From the NCBI GenBank assembly GCA_902786595.1, contig CADADB010000003.1, positions 85,206 through 149,205 of the forward strand: a stretch of 64,000 nucleotides of DNA, in the 5' to 3' direction. Every line of letters begins with the position of its first letter. Positions within the stretch are counted from its first letter, which is position 1. The stretch comes from an uncultured Bacteroidota bacterium. Its GTDB lineage: Bacteria; Bacteroidota; Bacteroidia; Bacteroidales; WCHB1-69. Positions 17,741-26,138 of this stretch are shown piece after piece. The position numbers and the translations under genes were made by a program. A model generated the notes under the pieces. That model was not told where the DNA came from. It worked only from the letters and a program-made list of their open reading frames with translations, and did no database searches.

Positions 17741-18583
17741 TTATTCTCCCCAGTACCTCTCAAGTTGCTCCATCCGGCTGCCATAAGCTGACTTTTCTGC
17801 CATTCCGATAATGGTTTCCTTGAAATACTGCGGGATGATGCTTGTGGCTTCAATGATAATGTCATCGGGTATTCCATAGAAGGCCTCCGCGATACCACCG
17901 GCGATGCAGGCTTGCGTGTCGCTGTCACCTCCAAGAGATACCGCCAACCGCAGGGTGCTCTCATAGTCCGTGCTGTCGAGGAATGCAATGATCGACTCCG
18001 GCACCGATTTCTGACACGACACCTCAAAACCATACGAAGGTCGGATTTGGTCGCAAGTCCTGTTGAGGTCATACTCGAACTTCTTTGAGATATAGTCTCT
18101 TATCGCTTCCTTGCCGGCTCCGTTTCGTGCCATATAGATGGCCGCAGCCGTGGCTTGCGCCCCCTTGATGCCCTCAGGATGGTCGTGCGTGATGCTGGCC
18201 GAGATCCCCGCCACACGTTCGGTCTCTTCCAGCGAATCAAACATCCAACCGACCGCGCTGACACGCATGGCCGAGCCGTTGCCGAAACTGTTGTATGGTT
18301 TCCGCTTGCCATCAGAGAAGATCGCTTGAGGGACAAATAGCCAGCGGAGGAAATGAGGACCATACCCGACGTGGGTATTCAAATTGCCTAATTTCACCAT
18401 CTTCTCTTCCAGGACTTCGTGTGTATTCATCGGGTCCTCGAGAAGCCATTCCGCCACGGCCATGGTCATCACCGAATCGTCTGTGTAACAACTTTCTGGC
18501 TGGAACAGGTCAAATTCCGTTGTTTTGATGTTGTTGAACTCGTAACAAGAGCCAACAATGTCTCCAATAATTGCTCCTAACAT
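17741..18583 (-). CDS. ADP-ribosylglycohydrolase (ARH/DraG) family protein
   Basis: MLGAIIGDIVGSCYEF...YTDDSVMTMAVAEWL...GNGSAMRVSAVGW...SLGGDSDTQACIAGGIAEAFYG are typical ARH metal-site motifs. Confidence 0.85.
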   Translation of the reverse strand: MLGAIIGDIVGSCYEFNNIKTTEFDLFQPESCYTDDSVMTMAVAEWLLEDPMNTHEVLEEKMVKLGNLNTHVGYGPHFLRWLFVPQAIFSDGKRKPYNSFGNGSAMRVSAVGWMFDSLEETERVAGISASITHDHPEGIKGAQATAAAIYMARNGAGKEAIRDYISKKFEYDLNRTCDQIRPSYGFEVSCQKSVPESIIAFLDSTDYESTLRLAVSLGGDSDTQACIAGGIAEAFYGIPDDIIIEATSIIPQYFKETIIGMAEKSAYGSRMEQLERYWGE

Positions 18584-18637
18584 AATACTTGTTTTTTTGT
18601 TTTTTCACGCGGCAATACTACGCTTTTTTTCAGAATA

Positions 18638-19054
18638 TTACTGATGCATATCCCCATCTATCATCCCTTTGCTTCCCATAAAGCCCACACTGTGGGAGGC
18701 GATAGCGGCTGCCGTGTTCAAGAATGCGCAAACATCCGCTTCCGTGAGGTCTGCAATGGAGCGTTTGCCCGATTTGCAGAGCTCGGCAATGAAGACCGAG
18801 GTGGTCCAGTCGCCCGCCCCTTCCCAGTCCACCACGTCGGGGTTGGGCACCGGGGCGATCTTCTTCCAACCCTGCCCACAGAGGTTGAATTCCATCCCGT
18901 TTTCGCCCATAGTTCGGATGAAAAGCTTGTCGGGGAGCTCGTCCACAAAAGGGTTGCGCTTCTTGGCCGTGTCGAATCCCTCCGGATACTTTCGTTGATA
19001 GATGATGTCCAGGGCAAAATTTCCCGTACCGAGTACTCGTTTGTTTGTTGTCAT
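18638..19054 (-). CDS. PfkB/ribokinase-like mini-protein (apparently missing the central half)
   Basis: 138 aa. The N-terminal strand VLGTGNFALDIIY joins almost directly to the C-terminal module ...VVDWEGAGDWTTSVFIAEL...AAAIASHSVGFMGSKG (GAGD anion-hole motif). Confidence 0.5.
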   Translation of the reverse strand: MTTNKRVLGTGNFALDIIYQRKYPEGFDTAKKRNPFVDELPDKLFIRTMGENGMEFNLCGQGWKKIAPVPNPDVVDWEGAGDWTTSVFIAELCKSGKRSIADLTEADVCAFLNTAAAIASHSVGFMGSKGMIDGDMHQ

Positions 19055-19059
19055 AATGC

Positions 19060-19629
19060 CTATACGATTTGTTTGCTGTTCTCCACTAACACATATTTCT
19101 TTCCCTTCAGTTCCACCTCAATGCGCTCTCGCTTGACGATGCGCACGTTGGCGGCGTTGAAGACGGCGCAGTTTTTCAGTCCGTCAGGCTTCGACTGCGC
19201 CTGAGGCCACACGTTGCAGAAGACGCCGATGCCGTCCAGGAACTCCGCCGCGGCCCTCTCCGACTCCACATCCACCGTTTCGCCTCCCGTCAGCGTCAAG
19301 CCGAGCCATTTGCGGAACTCCTTGCCTTGCAAGGTTTTCTCCTTAGGAATCGGTTTGCCCAACTTGGTCTCGACACGTTCCACGATGGATGCGGGCACTG
19401 GTTTCGCCGACACAATGTGGTTGTCATCGGTCAGGCCTGGAATCTCCACCGTGTAAAGATAATGGCTCTTGGCCAAGGGTTGGTGACGGGGTTGCGAATA
19501 GTGCACCGCGCTGGCTTCCGACTCGGTGAGATAGACGCCAAATCCGAATTTGATGCCGGTGCCGTCACCGGCTTTGCTGAGGTCGAACTGGTCGAACAAC
19601 TCGGGCGAACCGTGATAAAAAGTAGTCAT
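19060..19629 (-). CDS. PARP-like (H-Y-E class) ADP-ribosyltransferase domain protein
   Basis: TFYHGS (H6), GFGVYLTESEASAVHY (Y33) and HYLYTVEI (E62) fit the H-Y-E ART core, like ART modules of polyvalent proteins. Does not fit DarT (DUF4433). Confidence 0.6.
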   Translation of the reverse strand: MTTFYHGSPELFDQFDLSKAGDGTGIKFGFGVYLTESEASAVHYSQPRHQPLAKSHYLYTVEIPGLTDDNHIVSAKPVPASIVERVETKLGKPIPKEKTLQGKEFRKWLGLTLTGGETVDVESERAAAEFLDGIGVFCNVWPQAQSKPDGLKNCAVFNAANVRIVKRERIEVELKGKKYVLVENSKQIV

Positions 19630-20237
19630 AATTTATGGATTAACTTGAATGATTCAATGAATGTTAATGTGTCTTCGGGCAAAGAGTATTCCAGTTTGCC
19701 GTTGTCACGCAGTTCCATCAACAGGCGACCTAAAAGGTTGGGGCCCACATATTCGTCGTCGCGCTTCACCACGCCCCAGCTGTCAGCATCGCGGCCCTTC
19801 TTGTGGGAAGTCTCGTCCTCGACGATGAATTTGCCCCGGCTGCGCTCCAGCTCCTTACGGAAGACTTCGCTCTGCTCATACTTCAGTACGAGACAGAATT
19901 TCATCGCATCCACCACCATACTGGGCCAATGGTCGTGGAACCATTCGGGATGGACTTTGTACAGATGTTTCACGTGCATTTTAAGCCCCAGTCCACCGTG
20001 TTGCGACATAATGTCGCGGTAGCCCTCCGTGTTATCTGAACGAAGCTTCAGGATGTGGAAGAGCCGTTCGGTGCAGTCGAAAGTGACACCATTGACCACG
20101 ATGGGTGTCTGGGCGAAATTGCCCAAGATGCCCCATTCATCCTTCGTCTTGCGGATGCAGACGGTTTTGGTGGCGGGGTACCGTTCAATGCTGTAATACT
20201 CGGGATAGTGCTCCCGGATCATTTCGTGGAGTTTCAT
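19626..20237 (-). CDS. NADAR (YbiA/DUF1768) family protein
   Basis: 203 aa. GILGNFAQTPIVVNGVTFDCTERLFHILK...GPNLLGRLLMELR. The stop overlaps the ART start (ATGA). Confidence 0.7.
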   Translation of the reverse strand: MKLHEMIREHYPEYYSIERYPATKTVCIRKTKDEWGILGNFAQTPIVVNGVTFDCTERLFHILKLRSDNTEGYRDIMSQHGGLGLKMHVKHLYKVHPEWFHDHWPSMVVDAMKFCLVLKYEQSEVFRKELERSRGKFIVEDETSHKKGRDADSWGVVKRDDEYVGPNLLGRLLMELRDNGKLEYSLPEDTLTFIESFKLIHKL

Positions 20238-20264
20238 AAAAGGTTGATTTTATGGGATGTAAGG

Positions 20265-20615
20265 TTAATAATCGTTGCTTGATTGCTTGTTGACGGGGTG
20301 CGCGTCCGCCCATCTCACGCCTTCGAGGAATGCCCTCCCGTAATGGCTGTTTATGGGATGCGGGGCGATGGCCTCGCACACCTGCAGGTCTCGTAGGGAG
20401 ATATGCAGCATTTCATAAATCTGTTCCTTGCTGATGGGATTCCCGTTCAGCTTGTAGTGGCCGTAGTAAAAGGTGACTGTATCGTCCCCTTTCACCCATC
20501 CGTTGCCCACCATGAATTGGTGGTACATTTTCCAGCCGTCACGTTCAAACGCCTCGCTGATTAGCATGAAGTTCAGTGAAGCTAAAGATTGATAAGGGTT
20601 GTTTTTTTTCATCAT
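20265..20615 (-). CDS. hypothetical protein
   Basis: 116-aa ORF. 4-nt overlap with the upstream gene. Confidence 0.45.
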   Translation of the reverse strand: MMKKNNPYQSLASLNFMLISEAFERDGWKMYHQFMVGNGWVKGDDTVTFYYGHYKLNGNPISKEQIYEMLHISLRDLQVCEAIAPHPINSHYGRAFLEGVRWADAHPVNKQSSNDY

Positions 20616-21034
20616 TTCACCACCTCCTTGAACATTGGTGCGGCTTTCACGCAGAGCGCATACACCTCGTCTTCAACCACCGCTCCCGTGCTTTTGTCGA
20701 AAGAGAGACTCCACCACGGCACCGGTTGTGTCGAACTGTGGTCCCACTTGGCCAATTGGCTTTGGTGTCTGTTGACCTCTTGGGTTAAAAGCTCAAGGAG
20801 CTTCGGCGACACGTAGGCGGTGACGTTCTCGTCTTTCTTGTCGGCAGACTTGTCAGATGTTTCACAGTTTCCATTGTCATAATGGTAAATGCACTGAATG
20901 TGAAGGTGTTCGCTCTGTGCCGGACGCACTAAACGATACTCTTCCTCGCTGATCAGGCCGAGCGTTTTGCAGCCTTCAGCAATCATGCCCATTGCCAGGC
21001 AGATGTCTTTTAAGAATGTCATATTTTTTTCCAT
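20612..21034 (-). CDS. hypothetical protein (first gene of the minus-strand operon)
   Basis: 140-aa ORF. No motif recognised. Confidence 0.45.
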   Translation of the reverse strand: MEKNMTFLKDICLAMGMIAEGCKTLGLISEEEYRLVRPAQSEHLHIQCIYHYDNGNCETSDKSADKKDENVTAYVSPKLLELLTQEVNRHQSQLAKWDHSSTQPVPWWSLSFDKSTGAVVEDEVYALCVKAAPMFKEVVK

Positions 21035-21154
21035 GTTTTTTTGATATTAACGAATTATTTATGTCTAATATTGTCTATCTTGTCTTTTATCATTCGGCTT
21101 CGGTTCGTTTTCTGTGGGATCGTGTAATTCTATCATTTTTTTGTTTTTTGCGAA

Positions 21155-21216
21155 TGGTGATTAGTGAATAGTGAGTAGTTAACTGCTAACTACTGACTGT
21201 TCACTGCTAACTAATT
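21155..21216. repeat. heptamer-type tandem repeat tract (gtgatta/gtgaata/gtgagta...aactgct/aactact)
   Basis: Read directly. First tract at the island 1/core border. Confidence 0.7.
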
Positions 21217-21359
21217 ACACGAACAACTTAACAACGCAAATATATAGAAAAAAATAATACGCTTGTTAGTTTTTAACTTTTTTTCCACGCCGCATCTAAA
21301 GGTATGCCTATTTTTCTTACTTTTGCAGCTTGTTTTGAATATTAAAAAAACAAAGATAT

Positions 21360-22748
21360 ATGACACTTATTAAGTCCATTTCCGGAATCCGCGGAACCAT
21401 CGGAGGAACTGTCGGCGAGAACCTTACACCCGTTGATGTCGTGAAATTTACAACGGCTTTCGCCACTTTCCTGCTTGAAAAGAGAGAGGAAACTAACCCT
21501 ATGCGCATGGTGGTCGGGCGCGATGCCCGTATCTCCGGCGATATTGTGAACCGCTTGGTCTGCAGTACGTTGCAGAGCATGGGCATTGACGTGATCGACC
21601 TCGGCCTCTCCACGACCCCGACAACGGAGATGGCGGTCATCCAACAAAAAGCCGACGGCGGCATCATCATCACCGCCAGCCATAACCCGATGCAGTGGAA
21701 TGCGCTGAAGCTGCTCAACAGCACCGGTGAGTTCGTCTCCGGCGAGGAGGCCAAGCGTATTGTGGAACTTACAGAATCGGATGAATTAAACTATGCAACG
21801 ATCGACAAATTAGGTAGTTATACTCTGTATGAAAATGCTATCAAGGATCATGTGGATGCCATCCTGAATCTGCCGTTGGTGGACAAGAACGCCATCACGA
21901 AGGCCAACTTCAAGGTCATTTTGGACACGGTGAACTCCACGGGGGCATTGGCGCTTCCAGTGCTTCTCAAAGCGTTGGGCGTCAACGATGTGACGGTGCT
22001 TAACAGCGAGATGAACGGTGTCTTTTTCCACAATCCCGAACCGATCCCTGAGAACCTCGCGGGCATCTGCAACGCCATGAACCGCTCCAACTACGATGTC
22101 GGCTTCGTAGTTGATCCTGATGTGGATCGGTTGGCCATTGTCAAGGAAGATGGCACGCTGTTTGTCGAGGAGAACACCCTGGTGGCCGTGGCCGACTATG
22201 TGCTGCAACATACGCCCGGCAACACCGTCTCCAACCTCTCGTCTTCCCGTGCGTTGAAAGACGTAAGTGACAAGTATGGCGTTACTTACACGCCTTCCGC
22301 TGTGGGCGAGGTCAACGTGGTAGAGATGATGAAGAAGACCAACGCCGTCATCGGTGGTGAGGGCAACGGAGGGGTCATCTATCCCGAGCTGCACTATGGT
22401 CGCGACGCGCTCGTGGGCATCGCGCTCTTCCTCACCTACATGGCCAAGAGCGGCAAGAGCTGCAGCCAGATCCGCGCCCTCTATCCTGACTACTGCATCG
22501 TGAAGAAGAAAACCGAACTCGACAGTTCCGTTGACTTGAAGGGGATTCTGAACAAGATTGCCGAGAAATACGCTAATTATCAGGTAAATACGGTCGATGG
22601 TGTACGCGTCGATTTCGAGGACAGCTGGGTGCACGTGCGCAGTTCCAACACCGAACCCATCATGCGCATCTACGCCGAAGCCCTCACCCCGCAGGTCGCC
22701 GAGAACATCGCCAACAAGCTGATGGCGGACATACGGGAACTAATGTAG
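21360..22748 (+). CDS. glmM: phosphoglucosamine mutase
   Basis: MTLIKSISGIRGTIGG and the phosphoserine loop TASHNPMQWNALK. 462 aa. Confidence 0.85.
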   Translation: MTLIKSISGIRGTIGGTVGENLTPVDVVKFTTAFATFLLEKREETNPMRMVVGRDARISGDIVNRLVCSTLQSMGIDVIDLGLSTTPTTEMAVIQQKADGGIIITASHNPMQWNALKLLNSTGEFVSGEEAKRIVELTESDELNYATIDKLGSYTLYENAIKDHVDAILNLPLVDKNAITKANFKVILDTVNSTGALALPVLLKALGVNDVTVLNSEMNGVFFHNPEPIPENLAGICNAMNRSNYDVGFVVDPDVDRLAIVKEDGTLFVEENTLVAVADYVLQHTPGNTVSNLSSSRALKDVSDKYGVTYTPSAVGEVNVVEMMKKTNAVIGGEGNGGVIYPELHYGRDALVGIALFLTYMAKSGKSCSQIRALYPDYCIVKKKTELDSSVDLKGILNKIAEKYANYQVNTVDGVRVDFEDSWVHVRSSNTEPIMRIYAEALTPQVAENIANKLMADIRELM

Positions 22749-22820
22749 AATGCTGAATGATGAATGCTGAATGCTGAATGCTGAATGATGAATGTAGAAT
22801 GCTGAATGATGAATGATGAT
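22748..22820. repeat. ~10 tandem heptamers (GAATGCT/GAATGAT)
   Basis: Read directly. Starts at the glmM stop codon. Confidence 0.85.
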
Positions 22821-22821
22821 T

Positions 22822-22873
22822 GGGTCGAAGCACCATTCCCCCCTTTAGGGGGGATGCCCGAAGGGCAGGGGGG
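22822..22873 (+). repeat. REP-like double-hairpin element (cccccc-ttta-gggggg; gccc-gaa-gggc)
   Basis: ggtcgaagcaccattcccccctttaggggggatgcccgaagggcagggggg. Related copies at 24364, 45175, 47806 (x3, inverted) and 49475. Confidence 0.8.
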
Positions 22874-22874
22874 T

Positions 22875-22912
22875 AAACGATGAAGCGATGATACGATGAA
22901 ACGATAATACGA
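22875..22912. repeat. octamer tandem repeat (gatgaagc/gatgatac/gatgaaac)
   Basis: Read directly. Confidence 0.75.
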
Positions 22913-24277
22913 ATGACCAAACGAACACATATCCGGATAATTCCTGTGCTGCTGGCCCTGGTTATGGGGACGGCGGGGATGGTGTGCGCACAGGTGGATG
23001 AGCCATGCGGGTGTATGACCTCCGTGCGAAATCTGATCCATTATAATATCCAAATAATTGACAAGGGCATCATATCGAATCATAAGATTCTGTATTTGGA
23101 AGGTTATCAATGTGGAACTCCCGTTTATCTGGACAGCGCTGTTGTCAAGGGAGGCAAAGCTAAATTCAAAAGCAAGCATCCCGTCGAAAAGGGTGTATAT
23201 CATTTAGTCTATGAAAAAGGCGGGGCGCCGGTTTGGGACATCATGTTGCGAAATTCTCATAATAGCTTGATGACATACGGCAATGGGTACAATAAAGTTG
23301 GAAATTTTGCTTGTAAATCAGGAAGTTATGAGGTAAATTACGCGAATTTGTCTGATGAGATTCGTCGTGATTCAAGAGCCATCATTTCTGTGGATGCTTT
23401 CCGGCAGATAATAGAGAAATATTCCGATGCACCTGGCAGTTCTGTGGAACAGTATTATCTGTACGACGTTGCACTTTCTGCATACTTGTCTGTCCTCCAA
23501 CAGAATCCGCAGTTATCCATACCTAAATCTATTTACGACTATGTGATCTCGAAATTGAACCTTTCAGATCCTCTGATCTGGAATTCCAAGTCTGCGATTC
23601 ATCCGTTTATTTCTAAATATTTGACAGATAATCAGATATATGACACGGAATATTTGATTCCCGCTATAGATAGTCTGTTGGCGGGTTGCTGTAGGCCCGG
23701 TTTCTTGGCAACTTATCTTTTCAATGCCTATTGGGCATCGGGAGAACCTGCTTACGATCCAATTCTGTTGCATCTTTATGACAAATACAATCTTCCCTGT
23801 TGCTTGGGCGACCGTGCGCGTATAGCCAAACGGAAAATAGACGTTGTCCGCAAGCTCGCCCCCGGTGCGCAAATCCCCGAACTCACCGCTTACGACATTG
23901 ACGGCAAACAACACTCCACCAACGAGATACAGACGAAATACACGATTCTCTGGTTTTGGGATCCCGACTGCGACCACTGTCAGGAACAGACGCCGATTTT
24001 GCACGACCTATACCAAGAAAAAGCTGACGAGCTTGATTTTGAGGTCTTTGCCGTGGAGGTCAACGACGACTATGACCGCTGGACGGCCTTCTCCGAGAAA
24101 CACGGTCTCAGCGATTGGATCAATCTTAGCACTTCTATGGGCGAAACTAGTGAGGATTTCATCGAGTATTTCGATATTGTCACCACGCCCGTGATTTTGT
24201 TGATAGATAATGAAAAAAATCATGTAATAATTGCACGTCAAATTACGTTAGATGAGATTATGCGGTTGATGCGATGA
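22913..24277 (+). CDS. secreted thioredoxin-fold (TlpA/DUF5106-like) protein
   Basis: Signal peptide. WFWDPDCDHCQ CxxC motif near the C-terminus. Paralog of 24450..25979. Confidence 0.65.
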   Translation: MTKRTHIRIIPVLLALVMGTAGMVCAQVDEPCGCMTSVRNLIHYNIQIIDKGIISNHKILYLEGYQCGTPVYLDSAVVKGGKAKFKSKHPVEKGVYHLVYEKGGAPVWDIMLRNSHNSLMTYGNGYNKVGNFACKSGSYEVNYANLSDEIRRDSRAIISVDAFRQIIEKYSDAPGSSVEQYYLYDVALSAYLSVLQQNPQLSIPKSIYDYVISKLNLSDPLIWNSKSAIHPFISKYLTDNQIYDTEYLIPAIDSLLAGCCRPGFLATYLFNAYWASGEPAYDPILLHLYDKYNLPCCLGDRARIAKRKIDVVRKLAPGAQIPELTAYDIDGKQHSTNEIQTKYTILWFWDPDCDHCQEQTPILHDLYQEKADELDFEVFAVEVNDDYDRWTAFSEKHGLSDWINLSTSMGETSEDFIEYFDIVTTPVILLIDNEKNHVIIARQITLDEIMRLMR

Positions 24278-24357
24278 GACGATGAAGCGATGAGACGATG
24301 AAGCGATGAGACGATGAAGCGATGAGACGATGAAGCGATGAGACGATGAGACGATGA
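24273..24357. repeat. ~10 tandem octamers (gatgagac/gatgaagc)
   Basis: Read directly. Overlaps the stop codon. Confidence 0.85.
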
Positions 24358-24363
24358 AAAAAT

Positions 24364-24413
24364 GGTCGAAGGACCATTCCCCTTCTTTTAGAAGGGCTGC
24401 CCGAAGGGCGGGG
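24364..24413 (+). repeat. REP-like double-hairpin element
   Basis: ggtcgaaggaccattccccttcttttagaagggctgcccgaagggcgggg. Confidence 0.75.
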
Positions 24414-24449
24414 TAGTAATAAAACGATAAACAAATATAGTACAGAAAT

Positions 24450-25979
24450 ATGAAAAAAACGTTTATTCTTCTGTTGTTGTCCAGTTTCTTCATAGGCATT
24501 TCTGGAATATCCGCCCAGAACAATGTGCCGAAGAACCTGCAGAAGTCGAGGAACAATCCGGCCAATTATAGAGACAAAGACGGTCACGAACTGATATTTA
24601 ACGTCAAAGATTCCAAGGACACTCTGGTGTATTTGGTAATTCATTATAATGAGAAGCTGATTCTCAAGGATTCCGTGAAACCGGCGGCGAAAGGTAAATT
24701 TGTGTTCAAAGGCACTGACCGCTACGATGACGGCATGTATTCGCTGGTTTCGATGGACAAGAAGCTGTATCTGAACTTCATACTTGACAACAATCAGCAT
24801 TTCGAGTACAATTTGGACACCACGATGAATCCGGAGAATTTCTCGGTGAAGAACTCGCCGGAGAATGACGAGATGCTTCGTTTCCAGAAAAAAACCTCCC
24901 AGGCCTCCCAGCTGGCCAACGAATGGGCCAAAAAACGCAAAGCGTTTGAAGAGGCAGGCAATACCGACAGCGTCAACTATTACAAGGAGAAGCTGTCCGG
25001 AATCAACGACGAGATGACCGCTTTCATTGAGGATTTGATTGCCAGAAATCCGGATTTCCTCTTCTCTAAGATGCAGAAATCTTACCAGAGTATTGATGTC
25101 CCGGAATTAAAAATGGACGACGGAACCCCCGATTACCAAAAACAGGCGGCATACTATCGTCTGCATTATTGGGACAACTTTGATCTCGGGGATCATCGTT
25201 TCATCTATATTCCCTCTTTTGAACCAAAGTTGAAGGATTATTTCCAGAAAATACTCTATCACCAGGAAGTGGACACCATCAACAAATACATCGATATTTT
25301 CTTGAAGAAGACGGAGAAGGATACGTTCATGTACCACTATTGTTGCGACTGGCTCTCATACCAGTTCGAGACCAGCAAAGTGATTGGCCATGATGCGGTG
25401 TTCTATCATATTGCCAAGACGAACCAGCTTCAGGGTAAGTGCTATTGGTTGGACGAGGACATCATTGCGAAATACCAGAAACGTATCGCACGTATTGAAC
25501 CCATTCTGATTGGGAAAATCGCCCCGGAGCTCTTTATTCCCGACACCACCTTGACGGATGATATGACCCAATGGCATTCATCGTACAGAATTAACAAGCC
25601 CTATACGATTCTCTGGTTCTACGACCCTGACTGCCCGACCTGTAAGAAGGAGTCCAAGAAGTTGCGGGAAGTGTATGATTCGTTGCAGGCCATCGGCAAG
25701 CGTAATTTCGAAGTCTATGCCGTCGGTAACGATTCCGACATCGACCGCTGGAAAAAGTATGTGAAAGAAAACAACTATCCTTGGATTCAAGTTGGAGGCA
25801 ATAAGGGCAACATGGACTACCTTGAGTATTTCAACATCTACGAGATGGGCAATCCGGCCATGTTTATCCTTAACAGTCGCCACGAAATCATCCTCAACAA
25901 ACGTATTGATATGCACAACATCCCGCAGTTCCTCGAGGAGTACGAGAAGATGGAGGAGGCGAAACGGAAGCAGGAGTGA
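24450..25979 (+). CDS. secreted thioredoxin-fold (TlpA/DUF5106-like) protein
   Basis: Signal peptide MKKTFILLLLSSFFIGISGISAQ. WFYDPDCPTCKKE CxxC motif. Confidence 0.65.
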   Translation: MKKTFILLLLSSFFIGISGISAQNNVPKNLQKSRNNPANYRDKDGHELIFNVKDSKDTLVYLVIHYNEKLILKDSVKPAAKGKFVFKGTDRYDDGMYSLVSMDKKLYLNFILDNNQHFEYNLDTTMNPENFSVKNSPENDEMLRFQKKTSQASQLANEWAKKRKAFEEAGNTDSVNYYKEKLSGINDEMTAFIEDLIARNPDFLFSKMQKSYQSIDVPELKMDDGTPDYQKQAAYYRLHYWDNFDLGDHRFIYIPSFEPKLKDYFQKILYHQEVDTINKYIDIFLKKTEKDTFMYHYCCDWLSYQFETSKVIGHDAVFYHIAKTNQLQGKCYWLDEDIIAKYQKRIARIEPILIGKIAPELFIPDTTLTDDMTQWHSSYRINKPYTILWFYDPDCPTCKKESKKLREVYDSLQAIGKRNFEVYAVGNDSDIDRWKKYVKENNYPWIQVGGNKGNMDYLEYFNIYEMGNPAMFILNSRHEIILNKRIDMHNIPQFLEEYEKMEEAKRKQE

Positions 25980-25980
25980 C

Positions 25981-26029
25981 GATGATACGATGATACGATG
26001 ATACGATGAAAACTGATGAATGATTGATG
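25981..26029. repeat. octamer tandem repeat (gatgatac x3, degenerating)
   Basis: Read directly. Confidence 0.8.
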
Positions 26030-26057
26030 TATTCTCTAATAGATACTACTTATTGCT

Positions 26058-26102
26058 ATTATTCCCTATTCCCTAATCACTAATCACTGATCACTGATCA
26101 CC
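26058..26102. repeat. heptamer tandem repeats (tccctat/tccctaa/tcactaa/tcactga)
   Basis: Read directly. Confidence 0.8.
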
Positions 26103-26138
26103 AAAAAACGAATAAACAACAAATAAATCGACAATAAT

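Noticed and set aside
17731-18072. Upstream extension of the small ORF 17476..17730 (198-aa version)
   Set aside because: The extension overlaps the ARH gene in another frame and is Arg/Ser-rich. Only the part from MDRKEISK onwards is kept.
19060-19629. ART as a DarT (DUF4433) toxin
   Set aside because: The N-terminus and motif spacing (FYHGS..GVYLT..YTVEI) fit PARP-like/polyvalent-protein ARTs better than the DarT signature as I remember it. Kept as a generic H-Y-E ART.
21810-22634. 274-aa ORF antisense to glmM. The same applies to 250..873, 26169..26843, 41197..43014, 44476..45114, 46881..47468, 48314..48973 and 62606..63592.
   Set aside because: All are antisense to well-supported genes and have an arginine/valine/histidine-rich composition typical of non-coding frames.
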